Part shown: positions 48,501 through 56,954 of the stretch, piece after piece
How positions within the stretch are numbered: position 1 is the first letter of the stretch
Layout of the letters: the number at the start of each line of letters is the position of its first letter
Origin: an uncultured Acidobacteriota bacterium
GTDB taxonomy: Bacteria; Acidobacteriota; Thermoanaerobaculia; Gp7-AA8
Direction: 5' to 3'
NCBI GenBank assembly: GCA_963822445.1
Contig: CAWGHO010000003.1
Location: 352,001 to 416,000, forward strand
Length of the DNA stretch: 64,000 nucleotides
Notes under the pieces: generated by a model
Database searches by the model: none
What the model was told of the DNA's origin: nothing
What the model saw: the letters and a program-made list of their open reading frames with translations, nothing else
Made by a program: the position numbers and the translations under genes

Positions 48501-50708
48501 TCCTTTCATCTCCCAGGCCTTCGCACGAGGTGTCGGACGTCTTGCTTCGCGGGTACTGCCGTTGTCGGGGAACGCGTCGCTCAAGGCGCTGTATGGCTAC
48601 GCCGAAGCGACGGTTGTCCCGCCGGCGCCCGATGTCCCGACGGTCCCGAGTGCGCCTGCACCGCACTCGGGTCTCATGGGCCGCGCAGAATTCTCTGTTG
48701 GCAACGCGACGATTGCCGGCAGCGTGGTGACGCGTGACGCCGTAAGGCGCGTTTTCGACTCACAGCTCCTCGGGCTTGGAAATCGCTTCTCGCGTTTCGA
48801 TTATGACGACCGCGATCGACTGACGGAATCGATCCTCGCGTCCCTGCCGCAGGCCGCGACTGCCCCGAAGATCGGCGACACACTCGACGCGGCCGACTTC
48901 AGGTCGCACCGCACCGTGACGCGTTTTTCCGCGGACGAACGAGCGCGGCTCGGCGTGGCGACTGCGCGTGAGATTGAGTTGCCGTCGTTCGTCGCAACAC
49001 CGAACGACGCCCATCAGATCGAAAACCTGGATCTGGACGGTCCTGACGATCTCGAGTTCGCCTTCAGCGGCGGCCGGCGAACCAGTGACGGTTCGTGGGA
49101 CGCCAAGTACGACCCGCTCGGGCGACTCGTCCAGCTCACGCGCATCTCGCCGGAACCGGATCAGCCAGCGCGGTTCGAGTACGACTACAACCCACTGAAT
49201 CGGCTGGTCGGACGTCGCGTCTGCACGAACACCGATGCGAACCCGTGCGCGCTCGAGACCAGAACGACCGTGCTTGCGCGCGACGGTCTGCCGGCGCACG
49301 CCACATTCGTCTGGATCCCATAACGGACCGCCTTCTTTCGATCTTCGAGGCTGAGAAGTCCACGGGCGCCGGCGGCGATGAATACGCCGGCCTTCAGCGT
49401 CAGTACATCCACGGTGACCGTGCCTACGACGATCCCATCGTGGTGATCACGCCGAACGGCACCTTCCACCCCATCCTGGACGAAGCGGGGACAGGCAACC
49501 TGATCGCCGTACTCGACGACGCTGGCGTGCTGGTCGAGCGTGCCTTCTACGGTGACTCCTACGGCGCGTCCCCGCGATTCCTGCACGGCCCGGTCGTCCA
49601 GCGCATGACCCGCAAGGTCACGAAAAACCAGCAGGGCGAGATCACCGAAGTCGTCTTCACCGCGAACCTCTCCGACGCCGTCCGCGCCGATACGGTCGTA
49701 GCGGGCACCGTCCTTCGCTCCGTCGCCGGCGACGCAACCGCCGCCCTTTCCACCGTCGAGCCCACCCTCGATATCGCCGACCCCCACACCCTCCGCTGGA
49801 CACTGAACGCCGCTCAATGGAACGCCCTGACCAGCGCTGCCGGCGTGACTGCGATCGAGATCGCAATCACGAAGGAGCTGCGTGCGGTCGGGTGGGGAGA
49901 GGCCGAGGTCCTCCGGCCGCCAGGTTGGCTGGTGACACTCGTCGGCTTGACCTCCACCGCCACCGACTCGGTCGTCCATCGCCAGTCGATCGCCGCGTTC
50001 GAGACGGCGACGGAACAAGAGACGACGCTTTTGGCAATCTCCGATCTGTACTTAGTGGCTTCGACGGAATCTCGAAGCCGAATCCTCACTGGTTGGAAGA
50101 GTGCGCCGTTTGTAGAGCCGGCGACGGGCTTTGCGTTTCTGCGTGACCGCTGGTACGACGCATCATCAGGGACGTTCTTAGGTCCTGATCGGCTTGGGTA
50201 CCGCGACTCGTCGAACTTGTATGCGTTCTGCGGTGGCGACCCGGTCAACTGCTCCGACCCGAGCGGCCTGGGTGGAGTTGGCGAAGCCGTGATGATGGCT
50301 CGCGAACGCCAGCGGCTGAAGACGCCGGAGCAGAGGCGGGCGGAGCATCGTGAACTCGGGAGTCTGACCGTCGGTTTTATTCCGGTCGCTGGAGAGATTC
50401 ACGATGCCTCACAGGCGATCACGGGATATGACCTAGTCACCGGTGAGCGTCTGTCGTGGTGGGGACGTGGACTCACGGCAGGTGCGTTCTTCGTGCCGTT
50501 CGTCGGCGGGAAAGTAGTGCGTGACGCCGCGGCTGAGGTGGTTCGTCCGCTCAGGGGATTCCTCAACGACGTCAACCCGTTCCGCTGGTTTGATGACATT
50601 GGTGATGCTGCAGCGAGAGGTCTGAATGAAGGCGCAGTCGAGGCTTATCAACATCTGATGGCGAACAGAGGGTGCTCGAGTTCTTCCGTGATCTACGCGG
50701 AATGTTGA
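45481..50708 (+). CDS. Rhs/YD-repeat protein with Rhs core and pre-toxin TG-like region; frameshift near 49314; toxin tip apparently lost
   Basis: Many YD repeats; RWYDASSGTFLGPD...NLYAFCGGDPVNCSDPSGL; FIPVAGEIHDASQAITGYDLVTGERLSWWGR. Confidence 0.88.
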
Positions 50709-50717
50709 CATAACCCA

Positions 50718-51002
50718 TTAGGCCGAACGTCGCCGTCGACTGCTGACCTGTTCTACGTGACGGCTGGTGACGAGCGCATCGATGAGGGCGATAGCGATAT
50801 CGCGATCTTTGCGTTCGAGTTTTTCAAGATCTCTGAGTGTGCCGATGCGAAGAGCGAGATGGCGGGGAATCGTGATGTGGTGCTGGCGGGGAGCGCCGAT
50901 CGTCAGGCGCATGTGGCTTTCGGTCTGACGGGTGGCGGTGTAGCCGATCCGGCCAAGGCGCCGGGCGAGCTCGTCGCCCGAAAGATCGCGAGGCAATCTC
51001 AA
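50718..51002 (-). CDS. hicA: HicA family toxin with an apparently foreign C-terminus
   Basis: MRLPRDLSGDELARRL...RQTESHMRL...HHITIPRH...IGTL. Confidence 0.8.
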   Translation of the reverse strand: MRLPRDLSGDELARRLGRIGYTATRQTESHMRLTIGAPRQHHITIPRHLALRIGTLRDLEKLERKDRDIAIALIDALVTSRHVEQVSSRRRRSA

Positions 51003-51211
51003 CCGGTGATCACTTCCTCGCGCGTGAAATGGAGTCTGACCACGCGGGGAATGGCGGCGTCTTCGAAGTGGCAGCGAACGGCGTCGCGAACGTTCTGTTC
51101 GGGCGCGGCGACGTCGTCGGCTTCCGTGAAGATCGATTCGCCTAGTGCACGTGCACGTGCGGTGTAGCCGCCGTCAGGTGCTTCCTCGACAAGGAAAATG
51201 AGCTCGTTCAT
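50999..51211 (-). CDS. hicB: Short HicB-like antitoxin
   Basis: LIFLVEEAPDGGYTAR(AR)ALGESIFTEAD...VRDAVRCHF; overlaps the hicA start. Confidence 0.8.
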   Translation of the reverse strand: MNELIFLVEEAPDGGYTARARALGESIFTEADDVAAPEQNVRDAVRCHFEDAAIPRVVRLHFTREEVITG

Positions 51212-52115
51212 CGAGCCCTGATGTTACCCCTTCCACCCGCCCGCCCCGTTCTCGTGTCCGCAACGGCCGTCGTCTGTGGCGGCCGCCCAAGATGGTGTTG
51301 TGGTCTGACACGGCCGCGCGCTGTGTTGCTACGCGCGCTTCCGCGCGCTCGGTCATCGTGAGTGCACGCCTGGAGCTCGTTGCGCGTGAATCGCGGCCGT
51401 GCAGCCAAACACAGTCTTGGGCGGACCCCGGTTCATCGCGGTCTCACGTGTGCGGCCCTCGCGCTCGCGCGCGGCCGCCGGGCGCTGCACGGCTCGTCGT
51501 TGCGCGTCGCCGCTACCGTCCCGCCAGATGCATCGGCGCCTGCGTTGATCGAAGTCGCGCTGTAGTTGACGCAGCGCCGCCCAACGAAATCGCGAGCGCC
51601 ACTCCATCGCATCGGCGCTGCGCAATTAAGCGCGGCCAAGCCAGGGCGGCGGCGCTCGCCACGCCGCGCGGTGCGATCGTCAACGCGGCCGGGTGGTGGA
51701 GGCGTTGACGATCGTGTCGCGCGGCACTACCGCGCTCGCGAAGAAGTTGGGTGGGAGCTTCGCCGCCGGCGCGGGGAGCGTGGGTGGTGGCCAGCGCCGC
51801 GCGTGGTGCGCTTGTGCGCGCGAAGGGCGGGTGTGTGGTGGCCGCGCGCGCTGCGCACCACGTGGCGCAGCTGCCAGAGGCGGCTGCGTGCGGCGAAAGC
51901 GAGAGGGAACGTGCGACCGGATCGCCGCACCGCGTCGATGCAGCACGTCACGCCGGAGGGGTTGCGCGGGTGGCGCGCGTGCGGCCGGAGCGAACCGAAG
52001 TCCGGCCAATGCCCGCTTCGATCGCGCGTGCGCAGACACGCGTCGGATCGCAAGCGCGCATTGGCCGGCAGCGACGCAGCGAGAACCGTGTGGCCGCGGG
52101 GCGGGCGGGTGGGGA

Positions 52116-52178
52116 TCAGCGAAGGCCGCGTTGCTTGAGCAGTCGCACGACCCGCCGGTAGAGCGGAGATGGTTGCAT
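52116..52178 (-). CDS. Putative 20-aa basic peptide
   Basis: MQPSPLYRRVVRLLKQRGLR*, preceded by AAAGGAGG. Confidence 0.35.
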   Translation of the reverse strand: MQPSPLYRRVVRLLKQRGLR

Positions 52179-52437
52179 GAAGTTGTCCTCCTTTCAGTTG
52201 GTCTCTGAGCGAAACATGTTCGGCAGTTCTGTGAGATCGCCTAATGTCCGAAAAAGCACGTCGGCCTTCGTCTCGAGAATGTTGTGCCGCGATCGACGAA
52301 GCTCAAGTCCTCCGCCACCCAATCGACTTGACCTTCGTCGATCGCGGCACGGCGGAGGAAGTAAGCCGAAGGCCGACGAAGCGCCGAACTGCTGCCTTGG
52401 GCCTCTGAAGCTGCTCTTTCCTTAGCTGCTAAAGTGA

Positions 52438-53925
52438 GTGACATCGATGGCAGCTAAGAAGAGAGCAGCGATCCTCTTCGTGCTGGTGACGATCGTCGCC
52501 AGTTCTAGCGCCTTCGCCTCGATCCCGCGCTCGGCGGTGCTCGATCCGCCGCCGATCGAGACGACAGAGTTCGCTCCTCATCAAGATCTTCCGCTCCTCA
52601 CAGCGCACGGGTACGACGCGTTCCTGCCCACTAACCGCGTGTCGGACGAAGTCGCTCGTTTAGAAAAAACTCGCGCCTGGGGTTCGCGAGTCGGAGCGGA
52701 ACTTTTGCGTCTGCCCGAGAAGGGGCTAAGTCGAGCGCTGCGTCAGGGTTACGCGAAAGGTAGCTCAGAAAACGCAGAAGAGATCAGAGACTTGGCAATC
52801 GCAGATCTCTATCTGGTCGCGGCGACGGAGTCAAAGACGAAGTTATTGACGGGGTTCAAGGCCGCGCCGTTCATCGAGCCGGCGACCCGCTTCGCCCTCT
52901 TCAGGAACCGCTGGTATGACGGCTCGACCGGAACGTTTCTCAGTCCTGACCCGATGTCGTACGAGGACTCCTCGAACGTGTACGCGTTCTGTGCCGGTGA
53001 TCCGATCAACTGCGAGGATCCTCTCGGCCTCGCGCTACAGACGAAGAACGGCGGCACGAACTGGCTTGGGAACCTCGGCGACACCGCGCAGGTGCGGAGC
53101 GGTCCGTGGTACGTGCGCAACAGCCCGCAGACGCTTTCCGCGGGTCTCGACTTCTTCGGGAACACGCTCTCTGAGCTTCTGATGCTGGACGCTTGGGCGG
53201 ACGCGAATGTTGTCATGGGTGACTCATCGCGATCCGCGGGCGAACGGACGTGGGCAGCGACGAAGGGTATTGGCATCACGGCGATGAACCCTGTCGGGGG
53301 TGAGATCGCCGGAACTACCGGCAAGGTTTTGCTTAAAATCCCTGGTACAAAGACGCTCGCCAGCAAGATAGCGAATAGTGGAGTTGGTCGGGTTCTCACC
53401 GCGGAGGTGAACCCCCTGCGGTGGTTCGATGATGTAGGCGAAGCAGCGGGACGAGGTCTCAACGAAGGAGTCGCCGAAGCCATTCAGCAGTTAGCACCGA
53501 ACTTGACGCGGATCGCCGCGTTTGATGCTGCGCGTTCAATGCCTGGCCGCAACGTTGCGTACCGCGCATTCAACGCGAAGGATGCTGAACGATGGGCGCG
53601 AGGGCTCGGAATTGAGGCGAAGAACCCGGCCGGTGAATGGTCCTTGGGTGAATACATCGCATTTGGCTCGCGGCCACCTTCTTGGACGAATGACCCATGG
53701 ATCGCGACGACTACTGACCTCGACCTCGCACGCGCGTTTAACGAACAAGGGAAGCAGCTGGGAATCGCAGCGATTGATCTGAATCTCGTACGGAGGCCAC
53801 AGTTGCGAGCGTGGGACGTGTACCCGCGCGGTTCCGGTGAGCTATATCACTTCTCGATCTGGCAACAAGAACTTTCGGTTTACCAACGGATTCCGCGAGA
53901 AGCGATCATTGGATGGGTTCCATGA
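52438..53925 (+). CDS. Orphan Rhs module: signal-like N-terminus, Rhs core end and ADP-ribosyltransferase-like C-terminal toxin
   Basis: RNRWYDGSTGTFLSPD...DPINCEDPLGL; C-terminal AYR...WIATT...QQE...IP. Confidence 0.8.
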   Translation: MTSMAAKKRAAILFVLVTIVASSSAFASIPRSAVLDPPPIETTEFAPHQDLPLLTAHGYDAFLPTNRVSDEVARLEKTRAWGSRVGAELLRLPEKGLSRALRQGYAKGSSENAEEIRDLAIADLYLVAATESKTKLLTGFKAAPFIEPATRFALFRNRWYDGSTGTFLSPDPMSYEDSSNVYAFCAGDPINCEDPLGLALQTKNGGTNWLGNLGDTAQVRSGPWYVRNSPQTLSAGLDFFGNTLSELLMLDAWADANVVMGDSSRSAGERTWAATKGIGITAMNPVGGEIAGTTGKVLLKIPGTKTLASKIANSGVGRVLTAEVNPLRWFDDVGEAAGRGLNEGVAEAIQQLAPNLTRIAAFDAARSMPGRNVAYRAFNAKDAERWARGLGIEAKNPAGEWSLGEYIAFGSRPPSWTNDPWIATTTDLDLARAFNEQGKQLGIAAIDLNLVRRPQLRAWDVYPRGSGELYHFSIWQQELSVYQRIPREAIIGWVP

Positions 53926-54190
53926 ATCACGAGTTGAACGAATTGGCGGAACGCTCGAGGAGGTAGCGCTGAAAGGACTCAAGGAGATCCTTGACCGGCT
54001 TCGGCAGATGTTGGCGGACGAAGAATACGCCCCATTCTCGGCGAAGCTTGGGACATCCAAGAGCGGCTTCGAAAGATCTTCGGCCCGACGTGGTAGGAGA
54101 TTGCGCCTTCTTCGACCCCGCGACCGCGGCGTCGCGGTCGCCTCGTCGTGGCGCTTTAGTCTCAGGCAGGGACGCGGTGTGCAAACGTAG
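53922..54190 (+). pseudogene. Probable degraded immunity gene
   Basis: ATGA overlap with the toxin stop; MNHELNELAE continues in another frame as LEEVALKGLKEILDRLRQMLADEEY. Confidence 0.4.
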
Positions 54191-54258
54191 AATGTTCGCG
54201 AGCCGCGAGCATCATCAGGCAGCGCCGTACGTCGTGGACCGTGGCGGACAGTCGCGAC

Positions 54259-56478
54259 TCACTTCACCGCCCTCCTCCTCCCCACCCCTCTCGTCAACAC
54301 CACCTCCGTGGTCTCTCCCGACCGTCGCGGAATCGTGATCGTCGTCGCGTGAACGGTGCGGGTGAAGACCGACGCGCCGGCGACGTCCCAGGAGCCGGGG
54401 ATGGTGAGCTGGAACGATCCCACCGCGGTAGCGGTGGGGTCGGCGATGGAGAGGTGCAGGGTGCGCGTGGCGGGCTCGGTGATGTAGATCGTGGCGGGGG
54501 CGGAACTCTGGAAGCCCTCCAGGCTCGCGCCGGCGGTCCAGAAGGTGATGCCGGTGGCGCGGGTGCGGAGGTCGCGCACGGCGGAGACGCGCTCGTTGTT
54601 CGCCAGAATCACCAATGGCCGGGCGGCGGCCCAGGTGCGCATCTGCGTGGCGGTGACGTTCGGGACGATCACGTACTCCGCGCTGGCATGAACCGGCACA
54701 GTGCCGTGGTCGAAGGCCAGCGTGACGAAGGGATGGGTCTTCGGCGTGGCGTCGGTGTTGCCGCCGAGCGCGGCCCAGGTGCCGGTGCGCGTCTGCCGCG
54801 AGACGCGAACGTCGGTCGAGGTCGGGAACCAGTAGCCGACGCCTTCGAGCGCGGCCCAGTCCGTGCCGCGCGTGACCTGCGAGCTCGCGTTCATCAGCGG
54901 CCACTGATTGACGATCGTCTCCACGCGATTCGGGCTCGTTGAGGTGATGCTGTTGGTGAGGAAGGCGATGGCGTCGTCGAAGAAGAACCAGGCTTTCTTT
55001 GCGGTGAGCGTGGAGTTGAGCGGCGCGAGCTCCATCGCCGTGACGCCGTTGCGGCCGTCGCTCGTTCCGCCGGCCAGCGTGTTCCTGCCGAAGCCATAGA
55101 TCGCGCTCGCGGCGTCGGGCTTGAGCTCGACGGTCGTGCCGGGCAGGCGGGTCCAGTCGAGCGCGGGGAAGATCTCCCGGCCGAAGTATTCGTTGCCCTT
55201 CAGCACGAGATGGAAGCGGCCGTCGGACTGGCGCGCGCCGAGAAGGTTCTCCTCGTTGGTGCTCTCTCCGGATTTCGTGCGGGTTGAGAACATCTTCACC
55301 GAGGCGAACCAGCCTTCGCGGCGGTGCACGGTGTAGTCGGAGGCGAAGTAGTGGCGATGCCCGCTCGGCCAGGCCGCGGCGTGACGCGCGCTCTCGATCT
55401 TCGCGGCCAGGCCGGCCAGCTCGATGCTCATCGTGCCCTGCCAGGTCTCGAGCATCTTCGCGGCGGCGGCGCGAATCTCTGCGGCGCGCGGCGATTCGAT
55501 CTCCGAGGCTTGGAGAAGTGCGGCCAGGCCGTTGAAGCCGGTCGTGGTTGGACGGGCGACTTCGCGGCCGACAACGGAGACGTCGAAGTAGTCGCCATGC
55601 AGCGACCAGGCGACGCCGTCGGCGATGTAGTCGTTGAAGGAGGAGAGCGCGTCGGTGCTCAGACCGATGGAAGTCGCGCGCGTGATCAGCGCGTACTTCG
55701 CAACGTCGTTCGCAAACGCGCCGCCGTAGCCGCCGGTGTAGAGCTGCGGCCCGTGCTGATGGAAGGAGCGATCGCGCTTGATGCCGTCGCCGTTGGCGGG
55801 ACGGGTGACGGAGCTCATGGCCGTGCCGACCGCGGCGAGCATGGTCTCGTCGTCTTTGAGCAGCGCGAGCGAGAGATGGGTGAAGCAGGACCAGACCAGG
55901 TTCTGGCCGGTTGGTGTCGGTCCGACGAGCCCGCGCGTCGCCGGTGAGCTGCCGATGCGCAGATGAATGGCGGCGACGAGGTCGTCGTAGGTCTGCTGAT
56001 TGACTTCGCCGCGCATGAGGACGAGGGTCGGGCCGAGGTCGAGGGGGATGCCCATCGTCCAGAACCACCAGTTGCCGAGGGGGAGGATGGTCGCGCCGTA
56101 GAAGCGCTTGACCTGCGCGAGGGACGCGTCGATCTGCCCGAGCAGCGCGCGGTTTTTGTAAAAGGCCTGGCCGGGCGTCTGGTAGGCACGGGCCATGACG
56201 ATCAGCCGCTGGGTGTGCGCCCACGGCGACCAGGATCCGTCAGGGGAGTCGGTGTAGTCGATGTCGCTCCACGTTCCGTCGGAGAGGAGAAATCCGGGCG
56301 CGGTGACGTGCCGGGCGGAGGCCTCGAGGTCGGCCAGGGCGTCTCTCATCCGCGTAGAAGATCGGTCCGCTCCCGCCGCCGTGTGGTAGGCGATGAACTG
56401 GGCGCGGACGCGGTCGATGTCGGCAGCGCTGGCGGCGCCGCTGGCGAGGATGAGGATGCCGAGGAGGAGGTTTTTCAT
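54259..56478 (-). CDS. Secreted polysaccharide lyase family 8 (chondroitin/hyaluronate/xanthan lyase-like)
   Basis: NWWFWTMGIP, TGQNLVW, SFHQH...YTGGYG, GREVAR, NEENL, DWTRLPGTT and KKAWFFFDD. Ends RRRAVK. Confidence 0.93.
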   Translation of the reverse strand: MKNLLLGILILASGAASAADIDRVRAQFIAYHTAAGADRSSTRMRDALADLEASARHVTAPGFLLSDGTWSDIDYTDSPDGSWSPWAHTQRLIVMARAYQTPGQAFYKNRALLGQIDASLAQVKRFYGATILPLGNWWFWTMGIPLDLGPTLVLMRGEVNQQTYDDLVAAIHLRIGSSPATRGLVGPTPTGQNLVWSCFTHLSLALLKDDETMLAAVGTAMSSVTRPANGDGIKRDRSFHQHGPQLYTGGYGGAFANDVAKYALITRATSIGLSTDALSSFNDYIADGVAWSLHGDYFDVSVVGREVARPTTTGFNGLAALLQASEIESPRAAEIRAAAAKMLETWQGTMSIELAGLAAKIESARHAAAWPSGHRHYFASDYTVHRREGWFASVKMFSTRTKSGESTNEENLLGARQSDGRFHLVLKGNEYFGREIFPALDWTRLPGTTVELKPDAASAIYGFGRNTLAGGTSDGRNGVTAMELAPLNSTLTAKKAWFFFDDAIAFLTNSITSTSPNRVETIVNQWPLMNASSQVTRGTDWAALEGVGYWFPTSTDVRVSRQTRTGTWAALGGNTDATPKTHPFVTLAFDHGTVPVHASAEYVIVPNVTATQMRTWAAARPLVILANNERVSAVRDLRTRATGITFWTAGASLEGFQSSAPATIYITEPATRTLHLSIADPTATAVGSFQLTIPGSWDVAGASVFTRTVHATTITIPRRSGETTEVVLTRGVGRRRAVK

Positions 56479-56560
56479 GGTTCCGGGGTTACGAGGTTTC
56501 GGGGTTACGGGGTGGTTGTCGGGTTGTCGGGTTGTCGAGTTGTCAGGTTGTCGGGTGGCT
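56479..56560. repeat. Octamer tandem repeats (CGGGGTTA-type, then CGGGTTGT-type)
   Basis: About 10 units directly abutting the PL8 start codon. Confidence 0.85.
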
Positions 56561-56568
56561 CGAAACTG

Positions 56569-56591
56569 AAAAGGCCGGCGTACGCCGGCCT
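56569..56591 (-). terminator. Intrinsic terminator after the cold-shock gene
   Basis: GGCCGGCG-TA-CGCCGGCC followed by TTTT on the minus strand. Confidence 0.7.
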
Positions 56592-56616
56592 CGTCGCGTG
56601 TATCTGTGGTTGTGAG

Positions 56617-56820
56617 TTAGACGGGAACGACGTTCGACGCCTGGAGTCCTTTCGGGCCCTGGACGAGATCGAACTCGACCGAAGCTCCCTCGGGCAGGCT
56701 GCGGAAACCCTTGGCCTGGATGGCGCTGAAGTGAACGAACACGTCCTCGCCCTTTTCCGTCGTGATGAAACCGAAACCCTTGGCGTCGTTGAACCACTTG
56801 ACCTTACCTGTGCTGCGCAT
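56617..56820 (-). CDS. Cold-shock protein (CspA family)
   Basis: [15 protein letters not shown]...DVFVHFSAI...[10 protein letters not shown]. Confidence 0.97.
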   Translation of the reverse strand: MRSTGKVKWFNDAKGFGFITTEKGEDVFVHFSAIQAKGFRSLPEGASVEFDLVQGPKGLQASNVVPV

Positions 56821-56954
56821 CCTTCGGCGTTCTCCCTTGATAGTTATTGCTGGTGCCGAGCGCAACTTCGGCAACATTCAATAAATTTCTGTTTCTGGTG
56901 GGTCGGGGACTTTCCGACGAGCGGCGCGTCTCAGGGTGAAACAAGGGAGGTTTC

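Noticed and set aside
50718-50745. HicA ending RRRRSA (and the barrel protein ending ARRR) as further examples of the C-terminal tail motif
   Set aside because: Neither matches the full pattern, and HicA has no signal peptide.
51292-52208. ORFs predicted in the GC-rich block
   Set aside because: They are Arg/Ala-rich low-complexity translations in all frames, with no credible start signals or motifs.
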